Source: Candidatus Omnitrophota bacterium (GTDB lineage Bacteria; Omnitrophota; Gorgyraeia; Gygaellales; Profunditerraquicolaceae). Taken from it: a stretch of 64,000 nucleotides of DNA. A program made the translations under genes and the position numbers. Shown piece by piece: positions 29,544 to 39,343 of this stretch (the stretch's first letter is position 1; each line of letters starts with the position of its first letter). The notes under the pieces are model-generated. The model saw nothing but the letters and a program-made list of their open reading frames with translations, did no database searches and was not told the DNA's origin. The stretch covers positions 22,539 to 86,538 of the forward strand of contig JALOQK010000006.1 of the NCBI GenBank assembly GCA_025453395.1. The letters are read 5' to 3'.

Positions 29544-30626
29544 TTAATTTGGACGGGCTCCAGAATAAAAAGGTTTTTCAACTATTACTACCGGAATTTC
29601 TATATTATCCTCTTTTATTAATAATTGATCGCCTATTTTATGATTGCCCCTTATATATCCCATGCCGATACTTACACCTAAGCTTGGAGAAAAAGACCCG
29701 CTTGTTACCGTACCGACTCTTTTACTTTGAGAATATATTCCAAATCCGTGACGCGCGCTGCGACGCGAATCAGACTTGAAATAAATCAATCTTTCTTTAG
29801 GGCCGGATTCTTTTTCTTTTAATAGGGCTTGTTTACCGATAAAATCCTTGGAATAATCTACGAATTTATCAAGGCCTGCTGAAACAGGTGAATACTCTAA
29901 ATTAATATCATGTCCGTAAAGCGGATACCCCATTTCAAGACGCAGGGTATCGCGACAGCCTAACCCCGCAGGTTTAACACGGCTGTCTTCTAAGAGCCTT
30001 GCCCATAAACTAGCCACATGTTCAGAAGGAACATATATTTCATAGCCTAATTCACCAGTATAGCCGGTACGGCTTATTATACACCTTTGAGAACTAAAAT
30101 CAAATTCACCAAAAGTATAGTAACTAAGCATTTCTACCTTAGAGCCAAAAATACCCCTTATCGCCTCAAGAGATCTTGGCCCCTGCAAATCAAGCTTGCC
30201 GGTTATGTTAGATACATTATTGAATGTAAATTCTCCGGTTAAATTATTCTTAAGATTATCTTCATCCGAACGGATGGTCGCAGCATTAACCACGATCATC
30301 CAGGATTTCTCTTTTAGGCGATAAACAATAAGGTCATCAATGATCCCTGCTTTATCATTAAGCATGTGCCCGTAACGGCAAGTACCAGGCGGCATACCGG
30401 TTATATTTTGGGTTACAACCCGATCAAATCCGCTTGAAAACGCATCGGCTTCTAAAATAAACTCACCCATATGACAAATATCAAACACCGATACTTGATT
30501 TCTGGTATGGGCATGCTCTGCTAATATCCCTTCATACTGGATAGGCATCAGCCATCCGCCAAAAGGGGCCATTTTAGCGCCTAAAGCAACATGATATGAA
30601 TAAAGAGGTGTTTTTTGGTTTTCCAT
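29544..30626 (-). CDS. gcvT: glycine cleavage system aminomethyltransferase T
   Basis: 360 aa with typical GcvT blocks (TPLYSYHVALGAKMAPFGGWLMPIQY, DICHMGEF, SRTGYTGELGYEI). Confidence 0.9.
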   Translation of the reverse strand: MENQKTPLYSYHVALGAKMAPFGGWLMPIQYEGILAEHAHTRNQVSVFDICHMGEFILEADAFSSGFDRVVTQNITGMPPGTCRYGHMLNDKAGIIDDLIVYRLKEKSWMIVVNAATIRSDEDNLKNNLTGEFTFNNVSNITGKLDLQGPRSLEAIRGIFGSKVEMLSYYTFGEFDFSSQRCIISRTGYTGELGYEIYVPSEHVASLWARLLEDSRVKPAGLGCRDTLRLEMGYPLYGHDINLEYSPVSAGLDKFVDYSKDFIGKQALLKEKESGPKERLIYFKSDSRRSARHGFGIYSQSKRVGTVTSGSFSPSLGVSIGMGYIRGNHKIGDQLLIKEDNIEIPVVIVEKPFYSGARPN

Positions 30627-30647
30627 GGAAATGATTTTTAGATTGTA

Positions 30648-31358
30648 CTACAAAAGATTACTTTGGGAAAGCAAATTCTTATCACTTAGGATGTTTTGGG
30701 CCGATCCGTCAGCAAGGACTTGCCCTTTGTGAAGGACAATAATGCGATTACACAAATCACGCGCCATATCCAGATCATGGGTAGCGATAATCTTAGTATG
30801 CTTAAAACCCTTGAGTAATTCTATCAAGAGCCTGCGCGAACGCGGGTCAAGGCTGGAACTTGGCTCATCCATAACCAAGATATCCGGAGACATCGCCAAC
30901 ACGACAGCTATTGAAACAGCGCGTTTTTCGCCTTGAGAAAGTTTATAGGGCGGCCTTTTAGAAAGATGCTCTGCCCCTACTTGACCAAGAGACTCCTCTA
31001 CTTTTCTTTCTGCTTCCTCTTTAGTTAAACCTAAATTTAACGGGCCAAAAGCCACATCATCAAAAACTGTGGGCATAAAAAGCTGATCATCGGGATTCTG
31101 GAATATCATGCCTACGGCCTTACGCACATCTTTCAAGTTATCTTTGGTAATCGGATAATCCCCTATTCTTACGGAACCTTTTGTAGGGGTTAAATAGCCG
31201 TTTAAATGCAAGAGAAGCGTGGATTTACCTGCGCCGTTTTCTCCCACAACTGCCACAGACTCTCCATGGGTAATGCGAAAAGATACCCCCTTTAAAACAC
31301 AAGTACCGTCGGGATAAGAATAATGCAAATCAGCCGCTTCTACAATATGATGGCTCAT
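30648..31358 (-). CDS. cbiO: ECF/cobalt-nickel ABC transporter ATP-binding protein
   Basis: Walker A GENGAGKST, signature LSQGEKRAVSIA and Walker B ILVMDEP. Confidence 0.8.
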   Translation of the reverse strand: MSHHIVEAADLHYSYPDGTCVLKGVSFRITHGESVAVVGENGAGKSTLLLHLNGYLTPTKGSVRIGDYPITKDNLKDVRKAVGMIFQNPDDQLFMPTVFDDVAFGPLNLGLTKEEAERKVEESLGQVGAEHLSKRPPYKLSQGEKRAVSIAVVLAMSPDILVMDEPSSSLDPRSRRLLIELLKGFKHTKIIATHDLDMARDLCNRIIVLHKGQVLADGSAQNILSDKNLLSQSNLL

Positions 31359-32201
31359 CTAACCTTTTATGATAAAATTGCCCAGATATAAAGATAAATC
31401 AAAAGATCTTAAGAAAATAAATAGCGCAAGCCACAAGAATAGAAAAATAAATCCATCAATGCCAAATTTCATACTACGCATAACATGCATATTGCCGTCA
31501 AAACCCCGGCAGCACATGGCCAGGTATATGCGTTCCGCCCTCTGAAATGTGCGCAGCAATAGATTCCCCAAGAACGGCCCGGATATCTCTAGTGACATAA
31601 GATCGCGCTTAAAGGACCTGAAAGATGCCGCCCTTATCATCCCGGATACCTGATCAATCAAAACAAATATATAGCGGTAAAGAAACAACAACTGTTGCAC
31701 AAAAACCCTGGGCAAGCCTAATTTTGCCAAAGCATTACAAATAGCATTAAAACCAGTTAAAGAAATCAGAATAAACGCGGCGCTTGCCGTCAGAATAAAG
31801 CGCATGATTATGGAGAGAAAAGAAACCCATCCCGCGCTGACACCTATCGGACCCAGCTGCATAAAAACTTTTGTATCTACAATCGGGTTAAATATCCCTA
31901 TAAATACAGCGAAAGGCAAAAGCAATAATACCCTATTGAGTAAATACCCGGCAGGCAACCCTCCCAGAGAAATTAAGAACACAGGGTAAATAAAAAACGG
32001 CATTAACTGCCAAAGCGCGTATTTATCAAAAGAAATTACTGTGATAATAAAGGCCAAGGTAGCGATCAACTTCGCTCTAGGGTCAAGACGATGCAAAAAG
32101 CTGTTACCGCAAGATAATTCATCAAGATAATTTATATCTAACGAGCTTTTACCGATATTATTCACTTGTAACCTTGCGCCTACGTAAAACCAGCCCCGCA
32201 A
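31359..32201 (-). CDS. cbiQ: ECF transporter transmembrane (T) component CbiQ
   Basis: Polytopic 280-aa protein with CbiQ-type layout, sitting between cbiMN and cbiO. Confidence 0.7.
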   Translation of the reverse strand: MRGWFYVGARLQVNNIGKSSLDINYLDELSCGNSFLHRLDPRAKLIATLAFIITVISFDKYALWQLMPFFIYPVFLISLGGLPAGYLLNRVLLLLPFAVFIGIFNPIVDTKVFMQLGPIGVSAGWVSFLSIIMRFILTASAAFILISLTGFNAICNALAKLGLPRVFVQQLLFLYRYIFVLIDQVSGMIRAASFRSFKRDLMSLEISGPFLGNLLLRTFQRAERIYLAMCCRGFDGNMHVMRSMKFGIDGFIFLFLWLALFIFLRSFDLSLYLGNFIIKG

Positions 32202-33171
32202 TTACCGCGACAGACAAAACTAACGTTCCTCCCACCAACCCTGAAACAGATGTGCCTAAGCTTACCGCGGGGTATGAGGAAGATCCTTGGTGATTCTTAA
32301 AACCATAATCCGGCAAGACCGCGATTTTTTCCTGAATACTGGCTAAAGATGAGCCGATGCCCTCGCTTACCTCTAATTCTTCCTTACCGGAAGCCTTAAA
32401 CATTGCCCACTCCAAACCGTCGGGATTGCTGGAAGCAAACCAACTTAGTATAGCGGCGGTTACCAAACTAACCGCCAATAAACCTAAAAGCACTTTTCGC
32501 ATATCCACTTTTCCAATAGGGCGATTATTCACCGTGGCGTTAATGATTTCCGGACGCGCCTTCCAGACAAAAGCAACTACCGAAGCGGTAACCAAACCCT
32601 CTACTATTCCAATCGCCAAATGTATCGGCTGCATCAAAAGCACAAAACTTTTAAAAGGCAATTCTGATATCCCGGAAAATACTGTCTCCAGAACTACACC
32701 GAACGCCCCCAGCTGTAAACCAATAATCGCCGACAAAATAGAACCAACGATAATTTTGCCGCGCGTGAGATTATCACCAACTATTTTCTTGTAAATCATA
32801 GGATAAGCAATGAAGCTTGTGAAAAACCCCAGATTAAAGATATTGCACCCTAAGGCAAGAAGCCCACCGTCGGCAAATAAAAACGCCTGAACCGTTAATA
32901 TAGAAGCCATAACTAAAAATGCAGCGTATGGCCCTAAAAGAATACTTAGGATCATGCCTCCACCCAAATGCCCGCTAGAACCAGTAGCAGGAATGCTAAA
33001 ATTGATCATCTGAGCGGCAAAAATAAACGCGCCCAACACCCCCATTAAAGGGACTTTACGCTGATCTGACTCGTTTTTGACCTTCTTTGCGCTGTAAGCG
33101 ATAAGACTTGCGCTTGCCGCCCACATCACGCCACCTACTACCGGAGATAACAACGCATCTGCCATATGCAT
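32158..33171 (-). CDS. cbiM: cobalt/nickel ECF transporter substrate component CbiM fused with CbiN-like C-terminal extension
   Basis: N-terminal MHMADALLSPVVGG is the CbiM/NikM signature with N-terminal Met-His metal ligands. The 337-aa length and the extra C-terminal TM segments suggest a CbiMN fusion. Confidence 0.75.
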   Translation of the reverse strand: MHMADALLSPVVGGVMWAASASLIAYSAKKVKNESDQRKVPLMGVLGAFIFAAQMINFSIPATGSSGHLGGGMILSILLGPYAAFLVMASILTVQAFLFADGGLLALGCNIFNLGFFTSFIAYPMIYKKIVGDNLTRGKIIVGSILSAIIGLQLGAFGVVLETVFSGISELPFKSFVLLMQPIHLAIGIVEGLVTASVVAFVWKARPEIINATVNNRPIGKVDMRKVLLGLLAVSLVTAAILSWFASSNPDGLEWAMFKASGKEELEVSEGIGSSLASIQEKIAVLPDYGFKNHQGSSSYPAVSLGTSVSGLVGGTLVLSVAVIAGLVLRRRKVTSE

Positions 33172-33189
33172 AATTTATGCCTTTCTTTA

Positions 33190-34542
33190 TTAGAAGTCTA
33201 CTTGTGCCCTAACTCCGCCAATAAATATACCCGCTGTATCACCAGACACATCTTTTCCAAAAGGATTCCAGATATACTGCAAATCCGGGCTTACTGATAA
33301 ATACTTATTCAAGAAGATTTTATAGTAAGTCTCAAAATGCCCCTCGGGTTTAGCCAAATAATTATTTCTCTTCTTATATTTTACAGACGGGAATATTTGC
33401 CCCACAGCAATTCCCAAAACATCATTATCCCTTCCCCAGGGTTTACCTTCAAGTTGAAGCCCTGCGCTCCAGGATTGCCCAAGAGAATAATTTATATTCC
33501 CTGTTGCAAGCGTATCCGGGTTATATACCTTTGGATACTGCCAGCCATAACGAGTAAAAACTGTAGCCATATCATTTAATCTTTGATCAAAACTCAAACC
33601 CGCTCCGTAAGAATTCTCTTTTGTCTTGTCCGTATCTGTCCACTTAGTGTGGTACGCATTATTATTCCAGGCATAAAAACGATAATTACCGTCTAGATTG
33701 AAAAGCTTTGGCTTAAAATTGATTTCTCCCATATTAAATAAATTATCGCCTAACTTTTCCCAATCACTATTTGCGTCAAGAACCTCATAACCCAACTCCA
33801 CCCAATCTTTGGGCATATAAGCAACACGGATAGCCGCTGAATTACCAGGAAATTCTACAACTGGATTATTTACAAACATACCACTTAAGAATTGTGCTGT
33901 CTCATCATTAGCTGCCTGGTTATTATCAAAATATGCCGTAGGATCTAATTTCCCAACTGTTAAGGCAAGCTTACCATTTAAAAGCATCTGCTCATACCAG
34001 GCTTCAGTTAAATGCGCGTCCTCATTGTTATCTGGATCATTGTTTACATTGGAATATAATGTTAAGTCATCGTTCAGGCCATCACCTTTACCCGCCTCAA
34101 GATGCACAAAGGCCCTGGAATTAGCGTCCTGGAATTCCTTGATCAAAATTATATCTGTTGAATACGAAGCATCTGTGCGGTCAGACTTCTTCTCTACGCC
34201 CGAAGTAGCGTTATTCACGTTGCTGGTTCCTTGAGCGATCGCGGTAATGCCAACGCTTATATCCAAACCTTTGGCAAGCTCTACCGGAGAGATTTCTTTG
34301 CGGGTTATTTTCTCATCAAGCTGTGATAATCTTAACTCATAATCGCTTATTTTAGCCTGCTGGGCAGATGATTCATTCTTCTGACTTGCGATATATGCAT
34401 CCTGCTGGGAGAGTTTTTGCTCTAAAATTTCAATGCGTTTCTGCAATTGCCTAACCACATCTTCAATTGGTGTTTGATCTGCAAAAATTTGTGAAACGGA
34501 TAAAAATAAGAAACATAACCCCAAGCACATCCTTAGTAACAT
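33190..34542 (-). CDS. outer-membrane porin with N-terminal coiled-coil segment
   Basis: Signal peptide, a ~70-aa coiled coil (QLQKRIEILEQKLSQQ), then an amphipathic beta-strand-rich domain ending in a C-terminal Phe (...RAQVDF). Confidence 0.5.
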   Translation of the reverse strand: MLLRMCLGLCFLFLSVSQIFADQTPIEDVVRQLQKRIEILEQKLSQQDAYIASQKNESSAQQAKISDYELRLSQLDEKITRKEISPVELAKGLDISVGITAIAQGTSNVNNATSGVEKKSDRTDASYSTDIILIKEFQDANSRAFVHLEAGKGDGLNDDLTLYSNVNNDPDNNEDAHLTEAWYEQMLLNGKLALTVGKLDPTAYFDNNQAANDETAQFLSGMFVNNPVVEFPGNSAAIRVAYMPKDWVELGYEVLDANSDWEKLGDNLFNMGEINFKPKLFNLDGNYRFYAWNNNAYHTKWTDTDKTKENSYGAGLSFDQRLNDMATVFTRYGWQYPKVYNPDTLATGNINYSLGQSWSAGLQLEGKPWGRDNDVLGIAVGQIFPSVKYKKRNNYLAKPEGHFETYYKIFLNKYLSVSPDLQYIWNPFGKDVSGDTAGIFIGGVRAQVDF

Positions 34543-34574
34543 AAAACTCCTCCTTTTTATTATATATGTTATTC

Positions 34575-34988
34575 CTATATGCCTTTTCCGGTAGTAGACA
34601 TACTTAAAGAGGCGTGCCGTACCCCTTTTACAGACTTTAAAACATCAGCTAATTCTTGGGCCTTAGAAGAAGCGCCTTTGACAATGATCACTTCAAGACA
34701 ATTATGATGATCCAAATGCACATGTTGGGTAGAAATAATAAAATCTCCGAAATCATGTTGTATATCCATAAGCTTATTTACAAGCTGCCTTTCATGGTGG
34801 TCATAGATAATAGTAACTGCACCGGCTACTTCTTTTCCTTCCTGCCATTGTTTCTTTACTAAATCTTCCCTGATAAGATCCCGAATAGCTTCGGAACGAT
34901 TGGTATATTTCTTGTTCTTGATGTGACGGTCAAATTTCTCAAGCAGGTTATCTTCCAGAGAAATGCCGAATCTGACTAAACCGGACAT
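34575..34988 (-). CDS. nikR: nickel-responsive transcriptional regulator NikR
   Basis: N-terminal ribbon-helix-helix RFGISLEDNLLEKFD. C-terminal nickel-binding domain with HxxxxH...C (HVHLDHHNCLEV). Confidence 0.85.
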   Translation of the reverse strand: MSGLVRFGISLEDNLLEKFDRHIKNKKYTNRSEAIRDLIREDLVKKQWQEGKEVAGAVTIIYDHHERQLVNKLMDIQHDFGDFIISTQHVHLDHHNCLEVIIVKGASSKAQELADVLKSVKGVRHASLSMSTTGKGI

Positions 34989-35009
34989 ATGGCAGGCCTT
35001 TCTTATCTA

Positions 35010-35054
35010 GTGTTACTTTTTTATAGATTGTAACACCAGTATTAAGATTGTCAA
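35010..35054 (-). promoter_or_regulatory. putative promoter with overlapping NikR-type operator upstream of nikR
   Basis: Minus strand: TTGACA-16nt-TACAAT. The perfect inverted repeat GTGTTAC-N13-GTAACAC (35010..35036) overlaps the -10 element and the predicted TSS. Confidence 0.5.
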
Positions 35055-35066
35055 GGCCTTTAAATT

Positions 35067-37037
35067 TTATTCGTAACGCAGCGCTTCGATAGGATTAAGC
35101 TGTGACGCCTGGCGTGCTGGCCATAGGCCAAAAACTATGCCTACAGCAAGAGAAAAAACCGTGGAGAGAATAATTGAAAATAAAGATACTTTTACTGCCC
35201 ATCCGGCAAACATTGTTATCAACACAGAAATACCGCTTCCCAATAATACCCCTGCCAAGCCCCCAATAAAAGACATCAAAACCGCCTCGATCAAAAACTG
35301 GGTCATAATATCTTTATTATTAGCTCCAATAGCCTTACGCAGCCCTATCTCCCGAGTGCGCTCGGTCACTGAAACAAGCATTATATTCATTATGCCAATG
35401 CCTCCCACCAAAAGCGAGATTGCAGCAATTGAACCTAAAAGTAGCGACATAGTTTGTGTAGTAGCAGTCAAGGCATTCTTAATATCAGCCATATTCCTAA
35501 TTTGAAATGAATCTTCCTGGGTTTTAGTTATTAAGCGATGCTGTTTTATGATAAGCTTGCTTATGGCTTCTTGCGCCTGATCAATAAGATTAGCGTCTTT
35601 TGCCTGAACATATATAGAATCAACATACTCTTTTCCCATGACCCTGTACATTGCGGTAGTTATAGGAATAATCACCGTGTCATCCTGATCGCGCGGGCCG
35701 CTTGAGCCCTTGACCGGAAGTATGCCGATTACCTTGAAATTTATCAGGTTTATTTTTATTGTTTCGCCTATCGGGTTAGTCTCGCCAAAAAGTTCCCTTA
35801 CTACAGTTGCTCCCAGCAAGACAACTTTACTTCGGGAACGGACTTCCTCCGGGTTAAAAAACCTTCCAATTTCCGGCACAGCAGCGCGCAATTGCGCGTA
35901 ATCCACATCCACGCCCTCAACCTGCGTATTCCAATTCTGATTCGTATAGACTATTTGCGCCCGGGATGTTACCGAGGGGCTGGCGCTTTTAACATAATCG
36001 GTTAAACCCTTAATATCCTTTACATCTTCAAGCGTAAAACGCGTCACTGTCCCGGATTCTAATGAGACTCCCATCATCCTTTGCGCTGCTGGCCTGATCA
36101 TAAGAAGATTAGACCCTAAAGACGATAACTGTTTTTCTATGGATTCTTTAGCGCCTTGGCCCACGGCAAGCATGGCGATAACCGCGGCTACCCCGATAAG
36201 AATGCCTAAGATAGACAAGAACGCGCGCATCTTATGCGAAAGCATAGCAAAAATTGCCTGGCGCAGATAATCCAAAAACTCCATGCCCTTTACAGAAGAA
36301 ACCTTATGTTCTAAAAGGGCTTCTTTAACCAGCCCGCTTGAATACCCTATGGCTTTATTGGATTGATTAGAAATATTTTTATCGGAAATGACCTTTCCAT
36401 CACGCATAGTAATAATGCGCTTGGCACAGGAAGCTACTTCATTCTCGTGAGTAACAATAACAACGGTTTTACCTTTCTGGTTTAAATTCTTTAAAATATC
36501 CAGGATTTCGGCTTTACTTTTAGAATCAAGATTTCCTGTTGGTTCATCCGCTAATATTATCAACGGTTGATTGACCAATGCCCTTGCTATAGCTACTCGC
36601 TGCTGCTGGCCTCCGGAAAGCTCATTTGGCTTATGGAACATCCTTTCTTTTAAGCCAACGGCCTCAATCTCCTTTTGCGCCAGTTCTTTTATGTGCCTTT
36701 TCCCGCAATACACTAACGGCAATTCTGCGTTCTCCAAAGCGCTCATGCGCGCCAAAAGATGAAACTGCTGAAAAATAAAACCCACCAGCTTATTCCTGAT
36801 CTTAGCCTGCCTTTCTTGCGGCAAGCCGCTTAATTCCTGGCCCTCTAAAAGATAAGAGCCTGAATCCGGGCTGTCTAAAAGCCCCAGAATATGCATAAGG
36901 GTAGATTTTCCCGAACCCGAAGCGCCCATAATCGCCACGAATTCCCCCTCGGCAATCTCAAGAGAGACGCCGTCCAGGGCTTTTACCTTTATCTTGCCCA
37001 TCTGATAAGTTTTATAAATATTCTTTAATTCTATCAT
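35067..37037 (-). CDS. macB: MacB-type ABC transporter, fused ATPase-permease
   Basis: N-terminal ABC domain (GASGSGKST, LSGGQQQRVAIARAL, ILADEPTGNLD), a large periplasmic domain and a C-terminal FtsX-like 4-TM permease. Confidence 0.85.
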   Translation of the reverse strand: MIELKNIYKTYQMGKIKVKALDGVSLEIAEGEFVAIMGASGSGKSTLMHILGLLDSPDSGSYLLEGQELSGLPQERQAKIRNKLVGFIFQQFHLLARMSALENAELPLVYCGKRHIKELAQKEIEAVGLKERMFHKPNELSGGQQQRVAIARALVNQPLIILADEPTGNLDSKSKAEILDILKNLNQKGKTVVIVTHENEVASCAKRIITMRDGKVISDKNISNQSNKAIGYSSGLVKEALLEHKVSSVKGMEFLDYLRQAIFAMLSHKMRAFLSILGILIGVAAVIAMLAVGQGAKESIEKQLSSLGSNLLMIRPAAQRMMGVSLESGTVTRFTLEDVKDIKGLTDYVKSASPSVTSRAQIVYTNQNWNTQVEGVDVDYAQLRAAVPEIGRFFNPEEVRSRSKVVLLGATVVRELFGETNPIGETIKINLINFKVIGILPVKGSSGPRDQDDTVIIPITTAMYRVMGKEYVDSIYVQAKDANLIDQAQEAISKLIIKQHRLITKTQEDSFQIRNMADIKNALTATTQTMSLLLGSIAAISLLVGGIGIMNIMLVSVTERTREIGLRKAIGANNKDIMTQFLIEAVLMSFIGGLAGVLLGSGISVLITMFAGWAVKVSLFSIILSTVFSLAVGIVFGLWPARQASQLNPIEALRYE

Positions 37038-38011
37038 TTCGCGCTTTGAGTAGCCCTGTTCTGCCTATTTCGAAACGGCATAAAAGGATTGGTCCCTGAA
37101 TTATCTTTGGGAAGGGAATATTTCACAGATTGAACCAAAACCGTGTCTGCGGCGGATATTCCGGAAACAACTTCATAGTTCTTATCATCTGATAAGCCCA
37201 GTTTGATTTCCCTTTTCTCCGGCTGGGAATCGGCGGTTTTAACAAAAACATAGGCTTTATCGCCTTTCTTAAACACCGCGTCCTGCTCAATAATCAAGGC
37301 ATTATCTTTTTGCGCGATAATAAAATCAATAGAAGCGTTCATTCCGGAACGAAAAGAATCAGGGATATTTTCAGGCACCAAATCAACCTTATAGATTGTA
37401 ACGTTGTTTTCTGTGGTGGATTCATAATATATGTGGTTAACAAAAGCCTTCACCTTGATATCCGGATAGGCGTCCAATGTGATGACTGCCTTCTGCCCCA
37501 ATTTAAGCTTACCGATGTCGGTTTCATCGGCTTGCGCGCGCACGATCAACTGGTCGGATAAAACCACAACCGCGTCACTTGTAGTCACAGTCTGCCCGGG
37601 CTGGGTGGTCTGCACGATTACTTCCCCGTCAATAGGCGAGACAAGCGGGATTGCCTTATAAACTTCCTGCCAATATTTTAATTTTTCTTCGCCCTGCCCG
37701 CGCGCCACATCCAAAAGCGCGGCCCTCTCGGTTGAGCTCATCCAGCCCAAGGTTTGCCCTGTCTTTACCTGCTCTCCCTCCTTAACTAAAATCTGCTCTA
37801 CCCTGCCGTTTACCGGAGGTTTTACTTCTAACCTGTTTCTGGGAAGCACTGTGCCTGTAGTAGACACAGTATTCTGGATATCCCCGATAAAAGGCCGGAT
37901 TTCTTTGCCCGCTTCCTGCTGTTTATCGCCGCGGCTTACCTTAAATAGATATACCGCAAGTACTGCCGCCAGAATAAGAATACCGGATATTAATTTTGTT
38001 TTATTGCGCAT
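37034..38011 (-). CDS. macA: efflux transporter periplasmic adaptor subunit (MacA/RND-MFP family)
   Basis: N-terminal anchor, then alpha-hairpin, lipoyl and beta-barrel regions. 4-nt overlap with macB. Confidence 0.75.
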   Translation of the reverse strand: MRNKTKLISGILILAAVLAVYLFKVSRGDKQQEAGKEIRPFIGDIQNTVSTTGTVLPRNRLEVKPPVNGRVEQILVKEGEQVKTGQTLGWMSSTERAALLDVARGQGEEKLKYWQEVYKAIPLVSPIDGEVIVQTTQPGQTVTTSDAVVVLSDQLIVRAQADETDIGKLKLGQKAVITLDAYPDIKVKAFVNHIYYESTTENNVTIYKVDLVPENIPDSFRSGMNASIDFIIAQKDNALIIEQDAVFKKGDKAYVFVKTADSQPEKREIKLGLSDDKNYEVVSGISAADTVLVQSVKYSLPKDNSGTNPFMPFRNRQNRATQSAK

Positions 38012-39287
38012 ATTCTAATGTTTCTCCTTTCGCGTTTACCCAACTGGCCTGACTGGATAAAGCATCTGCCTGCGCCTGTAAATAAGATTTCTTGGCGCTT
38101 ACCAAATCATTCTGGATAATGATCCAATCGTTAAAACCAATAAAACCTGTGGAATATTGCGCCTCGGCGATTTTTGAACGCTCTAAAGAAGCGTTTAACA
38201 ATTTCAGCTTAACATTTACCGTATCCAAAGCATCCAATAAATTAACCCATGCCTGTTGCAAATTCACAAAAGCCTGGTCGCTAACGCTTCTTTGATTTGC
38301 CTGCGCCTGGTTGTATAATGCCTTAGCTTGAGCAACTTGCGCAGACCTTAGGCCACCTTCAAAAATAGGCAAATCTATTCCCAGGCCCAACTCCCAGACC
38401 TTATCCTTTGCCGGTAGATGCTCGCCTGAACGATTAGCGCCCGCGGTTGCGGAAACCTGCGGATAAAATTGCGAATAAGTAGACCTTAAATTAAACGATG
38501 CCGCGTTTACCTGGCTTTGCGCCTCTAACACCGAAGGATGTTTTTTAAGGATGCCCTGAAAATCAGGCGGCGTATCGGTATTTTCTGTAACAGAAAAATC
38601 CCCTGTTACTTTAAACGGTTTAAATTCAGCTCTGCCCATCTGCCGGCTTAGATTTATTTGCGCGAATTGCATATCCCTTTTAGCGCTTGCTAAATCCGCC
38701 TGCGCCTGCATAAGGTTAGCCTCGGCAGTCAATAACGCGCCCCTATGTTCCAAGCCAGAATAATAACGCAAGGTAATTAATTCCAGGTTATCCCTTCTTA
38801 TCTTCAGGATTTCTTCTATTACCGTGACTAATTCTTGCGCTTTTAATAAGCCCACAAAGCCGCTACGTAAACCTAGCCTGACGCTTGAAGAAGCAAAACG
38901 GTAATTTTCCCTGGCAGATTTAATATTTTCCGCGGCTTCCTTCAGGTTATCAACAGTTTTAAAACCATCAAAAACTAACTGCGTGGCGCTTAAGCCGTAG
39001 GAATATGAATCTTTGGTGGCTTTAGTAGTTAAACCAGAGCTATTTGTAGTCTTAGTCCTTGCGGTAGAAGCATTAAAGCTTGCGTCAACTTGGGGATAAA
39101 GTCCGCTTGCGGAGATGCCCTTAGCAGCTTCTTTCTGATTCACGCCTTCAAAAGCGTAAATTAATTCCGGGTTATTCTTTTTGGCCTCGCGGATACAATC
39201 CTGCCAGCTAAGCGAATCTTGGGCAAAAAGACTGGGAATAAAAATACTAAACAATATAATCAAACAAAAATATATTCTTAAGCTCAT
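38001..39287 (-). CDS. TolC-family outer membrane efflux protein
   Basis: Signal peptide and two OEP repeats over 428 aa. Overlaps the macA start. Confidence 0.75.
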   Translation of the reverse strand: MSLRIYFCLIILFSIFIPSLFAQDSLSWQDCIREAKKNNPELIYAFEGVNQKEAAKGISASGLYPQVDASFNASTARTKTTNSSGLTTKATKDSYSYGLSATQLVFDGFKTVDNLKEAAENIKSARENYRFASSSVRLGLRSGFVGLLKAQELVTVIEEILKIRRDNLELITLRYYSGLEHRGALLTAEANLMQAQADLASAKRDMQFAQINLSRQMGRAEFKPFKVTGDFSVTENTDTPPDFQGILKKHPSVLEAQSQVNAASFNLRSTYSQFYPQVSATAGANRSGEHLPAKDKVWELGLGIDLPIFEGGLRSAQVAQAKALYNQAQANQRSVSDQAFVNLQQAWVNLLDALDTVNVKLKLLNASLERSKIAEAQYSTGFIGFNDWIIIQNDLVSAKKSYLQAQADALSSQASWVNAKGETLEYAQ

Positions 39288-39343
39288 GGCTTCATTCTTT
39301 AAGATTAACCGCGCTTGTTGAATAAAGTTATATGCGCCTTCCT

